DNA of 64,000 nt, taken from positions 332,344 through 396,343 of the forward strand of contig CAVNZM010000001.1 in assembly GCA_963693365.1 (NCBI GenBank). The letters are read 5' to 3'. Position 1 is the stretch's first letter; the number at the start of each line of letters is the position of its first letter. The notes below the pieces were generated by a model that saw only the letters and a list, made by a program, of their open reading frames with translations, was not told the origin of the DNA and ran no database searches. Positions 12,563 to 24,056 of the stretch are shown one piece after another. A program made the position numbers and the translations under genes. The stretch comes from Amoebidium appalachense (Eukaryota; Protista; Ichthyosporea).

Positions 12563-13590
12563 CACAAGAAAAGCACCGATCAAGTTGGGGGCCGCGAGAG
12601 ACTTTCCTGTTTGCGAAACGGAAACGAAAGTCCATGTGTGCACCACGTTACGCGGCCTAAACAAACGAAAATATTAAACGTAAAACTAGGGAACTAAATT
12701 GTATGTTTACTTGTTATTTAGTTTTTACCTTCTGTTGTGAATCTTAAAAGGTATACCCCTAAGGGGTGCCCACACTATGCCCTCTCGTTGTGCAGCAGAC
12801 CACTGCAAGGCCACTGCTGGGCCTGGTTGTAAGCAGGTGCTTATTCGAAGGCACAGTGCAGAGGTTGTTAGTGCGTGGTTTAAGCAAATACGGCCAAGGT
12901 ACACGGAAGATGACCTGAGGAAGGATCTAGGGGTGTGCCATGTCCATTTTCCCGAAGGGTCATTTGTGTTCGGCCCCACTGGGCGAGCAACCTTAGTGGC
13001 TGGGGCCATACCGTACACACGTGAGTAAGAGGAAGGACTACGCCGGCAGGCCGAAGACGCCAAAAGGCAGCGGGAAGCAGACTTGCTCTTGGGGGAGGAC
13101 GGACGCACCAAGCGTCGTCGCGAGCGGGAACAAAACGCATCGGTTGATGAGCTCAACAAACAGATCGGCACACTCAACATGGTGGTGGGGAAGCGAAACA
13201 AGCAGATTTCAGACATGGACTCGGAACTCAAACAGTTGCGGGACAGATGTGCCGTTTTGGAAGCACGTATGGAGACTGTTGAGCGCAAAAACGAGAGTCT
13301 TGGTCAGCCTCTGAAAGAGAAAGAGATCAACTGCATCAGCAAACTCACCTACGATGGTGTTGTGCAGTCGGACTTCAAAACTCGTTTCTACACACTTTTC
13401 ACAACGGGCAATGCGTTCAAAGCGTTCATTTTGCTCTGTTTCGAATTTCACCTCCACCTTCTGTATATGGGGGTCGACCCAGTTACCGGGGTGCCAGTGG
13501 GGGCTCGGGGCCCAAAGAGAGCACTGTCGTTTGAGAACGCAATCCTGCTGGTGCTTGTGAGACTGCGGCACAATTTCCCATTTCACCACA

Positions 13591-14298
13591 TGTCATCTTC
13601 ACTTAATTCTCAGCAAGACTTAGAAGTTGAGTTTGGTATTTATTTATTAGTTGTTGTAGTTTGTTTCCTTTTCCTTTCTTCATTTCTTTCTTTCTTTTCC
13701 GTTTCCGTGTACACGACATCTTAGATCTGTGTACGTATCGACATACTTAGCTCGCGCACACGTATTGTCGTTTGCGTCAAAATCTATATATGTCATCCAA
13801 TCATATCTCGTTTGTATTTTCCCAAATATAGTAACTTACATTCCTTTCTCATTCCTTTCCCACGACGTAGCATTGTGCTATGTTCTTCAACTATTAGGAA
13901 AAATTATATTTAGACGTGTTATGATAAGAACATGTATAAATATATGTTATGAATTAATAGTTACATAAGTGGTTTCATTTTATTAAATGTTTCCGTGCTT
14001 TTATTAGAAGTTTCTTTCATTAGAGGATTGAGTTTTATATTCTAAATGTCGACAGACATTTTATTCGATATATTTTACACTCATAGTTTTCATTCTTTTG
14101 ATTGGTTTATCGTTTCACATTCCCAAGTATAAAAGGGACCTCATCTTGAAATAAATCATAAGCAGTCGTATTCACTTCCTATGGTTCCAGAAATCGTTCC
14201 TCCTCTCCGGTTGTGTTTTTCCCGTGTGTCTTTGTGTTGTGTTTTACATAACACCCATCTGTGCTCTCTGCTTCTCCGTTTACCCACACAAAATAACA
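13591..14298 (+). repeat. 5' LTR
   Basis: TGTCA...TAACA, AT-rich, TATAAAAG near 14128 and AATAAA near 14150. By eye it differs from the 3' LTR at 2 positions. Confidence 0.97.
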
Positions 14299-14322
14299 GG
14301 TTTACGGCCCCTTTGCACGCTA
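14299..14322 (+). promoter_or_regulatory. Putative primer-binding site, half-tRNA (copia/Ty5) type, non-canonical
   Basis: GGTTTACGGCCCCTTTGCACGCT abuts the 5' LTR. It resembles the copia GGTTATGGGCCC PBS rather than a TGG-type PBS. Confidence 0.55.
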
Positions 14323-14374
14323 ACACACAATCTCGCTACAACCGCGAAAATCTCTCAGTCTTACTGCTTCAATC

Positions 14375-17300
14375 ATGACTGACAAACCGTCGTATATCAA
14401 CCTTCCAATATGGAATCCGTCCGAGAAACGAGACGAGAAACGTCTTAATTATTTCGAGTGGGAGCCACTCATTCACCGGTTCATTAGAACCACCATTGCC
14501 GAGAAATTCGTTGACGCTATCAAGAGGCCACAGTGGGTTGACGGCGCTGAAGCCAACCAGTGGCTAGGCTACACCACCAAGGACTCCTACAAGAAAGCTT
14601 CCGACGTCCTCGACCAGATCCTCAACCAGTCCGTCCACCCGACCGAGCTCTACGACTCCGGCCGGATGCAAGACGGTGTCCACGGTGGTGAAGTCTTCCA
14701 CAACCTACGTATGGCGTATGTAGCAGAGAAGGAGGCCCGAGTCACCCAGATTCAAGTCACCTTCGAGGAGCTTGAACTACGAGACTACCCCAACGTCACA
14801 GCATACCTCACCCGTCTCCAACGTCTGGCTACGACACTTGCCTGCCTCGACGAACCCGTCCAGCACAAGGATGTCGTACGTAAGTTCTTCCTCCACATCC
14901 GGAAGAACACAGCCCTGGTCTGCCCCGACATTGAACGTCTCTGCTCCGACTACTGGATGAACAACAAGGCCTACCCGTCCTTCAACATGCTCATCAGTGA
15001 CATCCGAGGAGCTGAAATCCGTGCCGGCCTCATCGACGCAGGCACAGGTGCAACCGTCAACAACCGTCCCCTCCGTGCACTCCAGAGCAGAGTGCTTCCC
15101 CCCGGTGACCTCCGTAACCGTATTCCTCGACGTGAGCATACACCTCACCGTTCCCCGTCCCGTTCCCGTGATCCTCGTCCTACCTCCAAGTCACCCGGCC
15201 CCCGTTCAACTTCCCCTTACCATCGTGGTAACAGGGACAACCGTAACCGACAGCACAACACCAACAGTGTGAAGTGTTCCTACTGCCATGAGCCCCACCA
15301 CATCACAACATGCCCGGAGCCTGGCTGCACAGTTGCTCGTCGTGCCAAGCAGGAGAAAGGTGACAAGAGTGTGAAATTTGCACTCCTCTCCTCCACCGGC
15401 ACACCTGACAGTAACGACCCCGTCTGGGACAGTGCTTGTAATGCACACATCTGCCCCATCAAGGAGTATTTCTCCTCCCTTACCCCGTGTCCTCCCACCC
15501 CCATTCACGGCCTCGGCACAGTCAATGCCAAACAACGTGGCATCATCAACATGACACTGCACTACAACGGCCACCCAACACCGTGCAGCATCAATGCTTA
15601 CTACGTACCCGAGGCACCGTCTTTCCTCGTGTCTACCTCCATGGCATCAGCTGCCGGCCTCCTAGGTCATTGTGACGATACAGACAACCACCCGTCGTTC
15701 CTCTACAGCCGTAATGGTGACATTATTACAGATCTCACCCCCCTCGACGGTCTCTACTACATCACTGACTATGTGATTGAGACTCCTAAACACCCGGGGG
15801 TCCAAGCCTACACAGCAAGGACTCACCCACCCGACGACCTCACCCTTTGGCACAACCGTCTCGGCCACCGTGCCCTCTCCACCGTCACCAGGATGGCCAA
15901 GGATGAGCTTGTCATCGGCATGCCCCCCTCCCTCAAGTCACCCGACAACAGTGACTGCTTCGGCTGCATGTCTGGCAAGACCACCAAGGCCCCCTTTCCC
16001 GGCACCCGTTCCAAGTTCACCATTCCCGGTGCTAAGTGGCACCTGGACTTCTTCGAAGCTCCCTGTGCTTCCTACGGAGGCTACAAGGTTGCTCTGGTGT
16101 GTGTTTGTGATGCCACCGGTTACACCACCGTGTTCCCCCTTTACAACCGTGGTGAAACCCTAAGCCACATTCAGTCTCTCGTTGAAACCATCGAACGTCA
16201 GACACCTGAGATCGTCACCCATCTTCGGTTTGACTCCGGCTCTGAGTTCACCTCCAAGGACACCGAGGCCTACTGCAAGCAGAAAGGCATCATCATGGAG
16301 TTTGCCCCCGTCGACACACCACAACACAATGGTGTTGTTGAACGGAAGATGAGAGAACTGCAAGAGACAGTCCGTTGCTTCCTCCATGCCGACAAGGACC
16401 AACCTCTCTCTCCCAAGTTGTGGGTTGCTGCTCTCAAGCATACAAGCTACATCATCAACGTCACACCGTCATCTGCTGCCAACGGCAACACTCCCTTCGA
16501 GGCCTTCCACGGCTTCAAACCCGACGTCTCCCAGCTCCACGTGTTCGGCTCCCCTGCCTATGTCCATGTTCCCCGGTCAAAGAGGAACAAGCTGGCATCA
16601 ACCGTCAGAGTCGGCACCTACGTCGGCTGGGACCTACCCTCCAAGGCACACAAGATCCTCGACCTTGCCAGCAACCAAATCAAGATCTGCCGTGATGTGA
16701 TCTTCGACGAGTCGAAATTCACGGGCAGCACCAATCAGGTCTCCGTTCCCCCCAAACCCGATCTGCCGACATTGGACCCCCCTCCGACGACGACGATGAA
16801 ACTCCGTCTGTGGTCATCTCCCAACCGTCCTGGCACAACCAACCAGCCCCGGTTGAACCCGTGCCTCCCCCGAGCCCCCCCCCCCCACTGGCCAACAACC
16901 CTTGCTGCCGGCCCCCCCCGTTGCTGTGCATCAACCCGGCTACATGACTCCGGTTCGTCCTGGGTCCCCCACCTTCCACTCGGCCACGAGCAGCCCTGTG
17001 GACACCAATGCCCCCCTCACCACCGGTCCTATTCCTGGCTTCCATGCCCCTATCCCGGCCTCCACCACCTACCCGGCCACCACCCCCCTCAAGGACCCCC
17101 CCAAGCCCAACCTTCGTCGGTCTACACGTCTCACCAAGACTCCAACGGCACTGGTCAGCATCGTAGCACCGACCATCAACATTGACCAGCTCCCCAAGGG
17201 CATTCAAAAGCTTTGCAACGGTCCCAACGGTGATGCCGTCATAGCTGCCCTCACCTCCGAGTACCAAGCCTTCATCACCAAGGATGTCTTCACCATTGTT

Positions 17301-18740
17301 GATCCCCCCCCTGGTGCCAACATCATCAAGTTCAAGTGGATTGTGACTGAGAAAGTCCTCAACTCAGCCGGTGACACCAAGATCAAAGCTCGTGGTGTTG
17401 CAAAGGGCTTCACTCAAGTCTACGGTGTTGACTACGGTGACACCTCTTCCCCCGTGGTGATGTCCTCCTCCGTCCGTGCCCTCCTTGCCATCGGTGTGGA
17501 CGGCAACCATGAGATTCATCAACTCGACGTCTCAACTGCCTTCCTCAACAGTCCTCTTCAAGAAGACATCTACATTGAGCCACCACCTGGCTTCATCACC
17601 CCCGGCAACGAACACAAGGTCTGGAAACTTAAGAAGGCACTCTACGGGCTCAAGCAAGCATCACTGGCCTGGTATGAGTACTTCGACAAGGTCCTCCTTG
17701 CTCACGGTCTCGAACGTCTCCGTTCAGATCCATGTGTCTACATCAAGACCTTCCCCAACGGTGACATCATCCTCACTGGCAACTATGTGGACGACGTCAT
17801 CATCATCTGCACGGCCAACTCCTCCCACACCAAGGATCTAGTAGACCACATCATGAAGTCAGCTCTCTGCAAGGTTGACCTTCCCGACATCTTCCTTGGC
17901 ACCCAGCTCATCCACACCCCCGGTCACCTCAAGCTGCTTCAGCAATCCTACATCAACGACATCGTCAGAGACTTCAACCTCAACGATGCTCACCCCAAGG
18001 CTACTCCCATTCCCGTCGGCACCGTCATCACCATCAACGAGAACGACTCACCACCCATCAAGGTTCCCTACCGTGAACTACTCGGCCGTCTTTTGTGGGT
18101 TGCTCGTTGTTCCCGGCCCGACATCTCCTTTGCCATCGGCTACCTCGGTAGATTCAGTGCCAACCCCACCAAACTTGCATGGGAATGTCTACTCCGTGTA
18201 GTTCGGTACCTCATCGGCACTTCCAACCTCGGCCTTCACTACGACAAGTCTGCTTCCGACGACAACACCCCCTTGCTGGAGTGTTATTCTGATGCTGACT
18301 TTGCCAACTGCCCCAACACCCGTCGTTCAACCACCGGATACGTCATCTTCTTCAAGGGCATACCCATCACATGGTATTCGAAGCTGCAGTCCATCACGGC
18401 AACATCCACCACCGAGGCTGAGCTTCTGGCCATCAATGCTGCTGTTCAAAACGTCATCTGGCACCGTGATCTCCTCCGTGAACTCGGCTACCCGATGACC
18501 GACCCCACCCCCGTCTACTGTGACAACCAGTCCACCATTGCCCTCCTGCACACCAACAGCATCAAGCACCGGACCAAACACATTGCAGTCCGTTACCACA
18601 ACACGAAGGACTACATCAAGAGTGGGGATGTGGTCGTCACCTACGTGTCCAGCAAAGACAACGTGGCTGACATCTTCACCAAGCCCCTGCCCGGGCCCTC
18701 CCACGAGCAACACCGTGATTCACTCAGTCTTCGTGACTGA
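14375..18740 (+). CDS. Copia Gag-Pol polyprotein, with apparent frameshifts in C runs around 16750-16900
   Basis: Zinc knuckle CSYCHEPHHITTC, protease WDSACNAH, LWHNRLGH, integrase HLD / FDSGSEF / NGVVERKMR, RT KARGVAKG / QLDVSTAFL / LYGLKQA / YVDD, RNase H YSDADFA / TEAEL / CDNQ / ADIFTK. The track splits it into 14375-17185 and 16902-18740. Confidence 0.95.
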
Positions 18741-19265
18741 GTGTGCCCCCCCCCCCCCCCCCCCCCCCCCCTCCCCCCCCCCCCCCCCCCGGTTCATCTA
18801 CAGTGGTCTTCAAGTAGGTTGGGGCCCTGGCCAGTGGTCTACACATCACCGTGTAGAGACACCTCCCAACGAAAGTCTACTGCTGTCTTCATCGATCTTC
18901 AGTGTGTGCATCTTCAGTGGGGATTTCTTCTCCACCATCCGTCGTTTATTTATATACCACCATATATATAATGTATTTATCATTAGCCACCAACACGTCA
19001 CACATACACTAGTTGTTTCTTCTATATATATTTATATATCACGTCATTGGCTACCGTCATCTTCCGAGTCTTCAGAGGCAACCGTCGTTGTGTGCTTCTT
19101 CCGTTTTGGTTTTCTTCCCCGGCTTGCACCTTCAAGTCTTCTCCATTGTCTTCTCGAGTGGGGAAACTTGACTGTGACTTCACGGCACCTACTTCTACAT
19201 GTGTGAAAGTCTTAACATCAACAGTCACATCAACAAACTTCACGAGAACCCAACTTCCAACCCTT

Positions 19266-19274
19266 GAGTGGGGA
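19266..19274 (+). promoter_or_regulatory. Polypurine tract of the copia element
   Basis: GAGTGGGGA immediately 5' of the 3' LTR. Confidence 0.75.
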
Positions 19275-19982
19275 TGTCATCTTCACTTAATTCTCAGCAA
19301 GACTTAGAAGTTGAGTTTGGTATTTATTTATTAGTTGTTGTAGTTTGTTTCCTTTTCCTTTCTTCATTTCTTTCTTTCTTTTCCGTTTCCGTGTACACGA
19401 CATCTTAGATCTGTGTACGTATCGACATACTTCGCTCGCGCACACGTATTGTCGTTTGCGTCAAAATCTATATATGTCATCCAATCATATCTCGTTTGTA
19501 TTTTCCCAAATATAGTAACTTACATTCCTTTCTCATTCCTTTCCCACGACGTAGCATTGTGCTATGTTCTTCAACTATTAGGAAAAATTATATTTAGACG
19601 TGTTATGATAAGAACATGTATAAATATATGTTATGAATTAATAGTTACATAAGTGGTTTCATTTTATTAAATGTTTCCGTGTTTTTATTAGAAGTTTCTT
19701 TCATTAGAGGATTGAGTTTTATATTCTAAATGTCGACAGACATTTTATTCGATATATTTTACACTCATAGTTTTCATTCTTTTGATTGGTTTATCGTTTC
19801 ACATTCCCAAGTATAAAAGGGACCTCATCTTGAAATAAATCATAAGCAGTCGTATTCACTTCCTATGGTTCCAGAAATCGTTCCTCCTCTCCGGTTGTGT
19901 TTTTCCCGTGTGTCTTTGTGTTGTGTTTTACATAACACCCATCTGTGCTCTCTGCTTCTCCGTTTACCCACACAAAATAACA
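19275..19982 (+). repeat. 3' LTR
   Basis: Direct copy of 13591-14298, preceded by the purine tract GAGTGGGGA. Confidence 0.97.
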
Positions 19983-21452
19983 CCACATGGCCTTCCTGTT
20001 TAACAAAGGTGAAAAGACAACACGAAAAACGTTTTGGCGGGGCTTGTATTTGCTTAAATGCATGTTCGAACAAACACCCTCTTTTGGATATACTACAAAA
20101 CGGTGCATTTACTGCAGCCGCCGTAACTGCAAACGCCCTGCCTTGTTTCAAGCAAAACTATCCCCATGTCGCTATGATTTTGGACTGCACGGAATTCTTT
20201 ATTCATGTGGCTAGTAACACTGAGCTCCAAAAGCTTACATACTCCAGATATAAAGGACACAACACTGTAAAAGTTTTAGTTGCCATGCTTCCCTCTGGTG
20301 AAATATTCTATGTATCATCGTGTTATCCAGGTAGAATAAGTGACCGTCTTATTACTGATGTGTCGGGCATAATAAAAAAATGCTGGCCTGGTGCACAGGT
20401 TATGGCAGACAAGGGTTTCCTCATAGAAGATCTGCTCAAACAAGCAAATATGCACCTTGTTATCCCTCCCTTCCTTGCAAAGGGAACAATCTTCTCACAG
20501 GAGGAGCTGGCCTCCACCCGTGATATTGCCGCTGTGCGGATTCATATTGAGCGGGCTATTGGGCGGGCGAAGGAGAACAAGATCCTCACGGATACTGTTC
20601 CCATCACCATGGTGCCCAATCACTCCCAGGTTGTCCGAGTTTGCTTTGGGCTTACACGCTTCCAAGGCAAACTCGTGCACTGGGAGGAAGAAGCCCCATA
20701 ATAAAGCTAATTGTTTTTGTCCCCTCCAGCCCCCCCCCCCCCCCCTCCCCCCCTTGCCCCTCCCCCCTTCAGTTACCCAGTCCCCGTGAAAAAATATACG
20801 TATATATAAAAATACCAACATAAACAAAAGGTGTGTGTTTATGTTTTTCACTGAAACGGGGGGAAAGGGGGGGGGGGGAGGGGGGGGGGGAGGAGGCGGA
20901 GAGGGGGAAGGGGAAAGGAAGCCTGTAGAAAAACACGAGCCCGACAGAGAGGGAAGAAAACGAAACCTTCCTGTCTCCCCCCCCCCCCCCCCCCTTCCCC
21001 CCCCCAGGGCTCTCCTCCCGCCTATTCTTCCCACACACAACCACTACACATTCCTGGTTGCGCACGCACGCACGCAAGCAAGCACGCAAGCACGGCACGC
21101 ACGCACGCACGCACAGACGCAAGACCTTGTCACCAGTCCTCAGTAGTTGTGGTAACAGTAGACCTTCATTCGTTACAGCACATGGCATACATAACCTAGT
21201 GCACAGCACTGCCTAGTTACAATTTTCATTACATTTATACAGAACACAAACACCATTATTATCCTTAACCGGTTATGGTTACCATATAGCAGTACTACTA
21301 GCGTTACTAATTTATAAAAGAGATTTATCACTTTACATCGATCTACCTTTTCTTTCGAGCGAGTACAGATGCCTTTGCGGCCCGGGCCTCTCTGGCATAC
21401 ACATCATTTATAGTATCTATTAATTTCATCAACGATTTAACATTATCTGCAT

Positions 21453-22118
21453 TCACGGCCACATATTAGCATTCAGCAATGGATTCTTCCGCAAGAAAAT
21501 ATGATTCATATGACACCCTACTTCCTTCCTCTTAAACTTGCCCCTATCTTTTTGCCCAGACCCCCCTCCACTCTGGCCATCACCGTCAAGATCCATTTCA
21601 CCCTCATCCCCACCCCCGTTCCGTTCCCTGCCATCACCTACCCCACCACCTTCCCCAACCTTTCCTTTTCTTGTAGGCATGTGAGGCTCCCTTCTTTGAA
21701 AAATATACTGCTCGATGGGTTTTATTATATCTTTCGACATCTGCCCCGATGGAACTCCCCACCGTTTTTGTTGGCTAGTGCTTGCAAACAAGTGTGGTTC
21801 ATCCCCGGGGACCCGACCAGAGAGCCTCACAATATCGGCGTTTGTGTGTATGAGTGCAGCTTGGTGTGTGCATGCAATGCGAGCCTGTGGACACTGACAC
21901 CAACCATCTATCACCTTCTTCACCACGTTGTTCTCCTCCTCCAGCTCCAAATGCAGATAGGCGACATAGAAGTCCGTGGCCATGGAACGGGGCACTAAGC
22001 CTCGCAGAAGTACCTTGCGGCCGTCCTTGCAGTTGGAGACCGCCAGGTACTCACTGCACGACATTGCCCGCCGCCAACTGCGAACAAAATTCTTGAGGGG
22101 GAAGTGCTGCATGATTAC
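21453..22118 (-). pseudogene. SWIM-type zinc-finger protein, second (convergent) gene of the ISL2EU-type element, probably degenerate
   Basis: LRGLVPRSM...Y...GWCQCPQARIACTHQAALI (CxC...CxH) followed by STSQQKRWGVP, as in transposon-associated SWIM proteins. A possible upstream exon at 22968-22814 does not match in phase, and a frameshifted continuation lies near 21345-21455. Confidence 0.72.
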
Positions 22119-22489
22119 CTGCACATGTGTATATAGGTGTCCGCGCAAGCACGTGTGTAGTGTGGATATTCACAGTGTGTGTAGGGAGAAAGCTCGGGAA
22201 AGGGGACGAAGGGGGGGGGGGGGGGGGGGGGGGGCATGTCAGTCTTTATGTATTCCCAATACCCCCTCCCCCTTCTCCCCACCCCCCTCCAACTCCCATT
22301 CACCCCCCCCCTTCCCCTCTCCTTCCTCCCTTCCACGGGTCCATAGTCCTCCATCCCTCGGCCTTCATCTCTTCTGTACCCCTTTTCCCCTTTACCCAAG
22401 AATCCCAGCCCCCTCTCCTTCCGAACTGCACTGACATATCTATCTCCTTGCCCTCTGCCCCCCCCTCCCCCCCCCCCCCCCCCCCTTCC

Positions 22490-22524
<35 letters not shown>

Positions 22525-23231
22525 AGAAACCATCACTCTTATCTACACCCTCCCCCCCCCCTCCACTCCCCTCTTCGTTTTCTTTTCTACCTCTCTCCCC
22601 TTCGAGCTTCTTTCCCACACACCTTCCTACCTTCACTCTCCCATCTTTATCCCCCCCCCCCCCCTCCTTTTCCGAGCTTCACTCCCTTAACTACTCCCCT
22701 TCTCCCCCCAACCTTCCACCGGGGCTTCTTCTCCCCCCCCCCCCCCCCCCCCCCCCCCACCCCCCCACCCCCCGGGCTTTACCATCATATGTCTGTGTGG
22801 AACCATACCCTACCTCATCTGCTCATCAAAGACAAAAACAGGCACAGGGGTAGCTCCCAGTCCATGTTGCCAGAAGTGTATTTCTTTTTTGAACTTTTCG
22901 GTTATCTTTTCCACTATTGCTTTTGGTAACACTATTGTGTGTGGGCTGTCAGATGTGTGCAATAACATAGCTAGTTCATGGCTTTCCTTCGACTTTGCAG
23001 GTACACTACTAAGGGCCTTGTGAAGAATAGCACTAGCTAATCAATGCCCACCCGCTTGTCACAAACTAGAGAGCTCGGCAAAAGTGCACCCCTTTTTCTT
23101 TTTCTCCGTCAGGCCAACCACTGGTAAAAGATTATCAAACCCCATTTTTTACGTTTACTTTTCGTGTGCTTGTTTTGTTTTCGTGGCCTTTTCGTTTTCG
23201 TGGATCGATATGCGAACGCACATTTTGGACC

Positions 23232-23286
23232 CTTGCCCTCCTTCTCGGAGCGATCGCCGCTGTGACGTCATTGTTACTGAACCCCT
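23232..23286 (-). repeat. Right terminal inverted repeat of the ISL2EU-type element
   Basis: CTTGCCCTCCTTCTC...GTGACGTCATTGTTACTGAACCCCT followed by AT. Confidence 0.8.
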
Positions 23287-24056
23287 ATTGCAGTGTAATG
23301 CCCGGCGCGGATCGACCGGATCCCGCGGACGCTGCAATACGTACACCCACGTTAGGACGTCCCCCGCGCGCGGTGTGGCGGTACTACGAGAGGACGGCGT
23401 GAGCGCGACAGCATGCGGCACATGTACGTATTGACCCATGGCCGGCATATGCCGCTAAAAAAAAAATAGTTGCATTGAATTCTCGCACCAATCAGAACAA
23501 GACAAGCTGTTGCGCAATTTATACGCTTATAGGTGAAAAGTGCATACCCAATATGTACACAATGAACAACTATGCATATGGTATTGATGTTTTATGTGAT
23601 CGTGTTCCTATTTCAATAGTTGAGTTTCTATTACAGGCATCAAAACCGATGCCCCCGTTGAACTATTGCAGTATTTCGGAGCATATCAATAAAGTCATTA
23701 TAATATATATATATATATATTTCGGAGGTTAGTAAGTTCTTTCTCTTGACTGGGATTTATTGATCAGTTGATTGATTGCGCACAGGGGTGTGGGGGGACT
23801 ATTTTGAACGGTTGCAATACGCTTATCCATTGGCGTAAAAAAATGCTAGTCATTGCCACGATTGGTTTCTTGAATACCGATAGACGATTGGGTGAATAGA
23901 TTTCAATAGAATCTTGCATATTTCTGATACGTTACAGCAATGTACATACAGATATACATAGGCTCTGAGGTTCATAAAACACGTTTCCGACGACTTAGAT
24001 ACGTGAATGTAGCCTAGGGTATCATCATGCAAATTTCATTGAATTCAAAATGCATT

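Larger units (their letters stand above)
13591..19982 (+). mobile_element. Full-length Ty1/copia LTR retrotransposon, recent insertion
   Basis: Two 708-bp LTRs with TG...CA ends, 5-bp TSD CCACA (13586-90 and 19983-87), PBS and PPT, and the gag-PR-IN-RT-RH domain order diagnostic of copia. Confidence 0.97.
12777..20701 (+). pseudogene. THAP + coiled coil + HTH + DDE_Tnp_4 transposase, split by the copia insertion
   Basis: THAP zinc finger CAADHC...W...CHVHF...AIP (12777-13020). Removing 13591-19987 rejoins RLRHNFPFHH|MAFLFNKGEKTTRKTF (HTH). Catalytic region ILDCTE, YSRYKGHNTVK, YPGRISD, VMADKGF, RIHIERAIGRAK. Also an in-frame TAA at 13026-13028 and a frameshift near 20075-20085. Confidence 0.9.
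12518..23286 (+). mobile_element. ISL2EU/Harbinger-superfamily (PHIS, IS5-related) DNA transposon, about 4.37 kb without the nested copia
   Basis: Imperfect TIRs: left AGGGGTCCGGTCTTAATGACGTCAC...GAGAAGGAGGGCAAG, right (reverse complement) AGGGGTTCAGTAACAATGACGTCAC...GAGAAGGAGGGCAAG. Both ends are flanked by AT (12516-17 and 23287-88), the TSD described for ISL2EU. Contains a THAP-DDE transposase and a convergent SWIM-finger gene. Confidence 0.85.

Noticed and set aside
13729-13968. 79-aa ORF duplicated at 19413-19652
   Set aside because: Chance ORF within the two LTR copies, with no recognisable motifs.
19865-19986. N-terminus of the 278-aa ORF as the transposase start
   Set aside because: It is read-through from the copia 3' LTR. 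The real N-terminus is at 12777.
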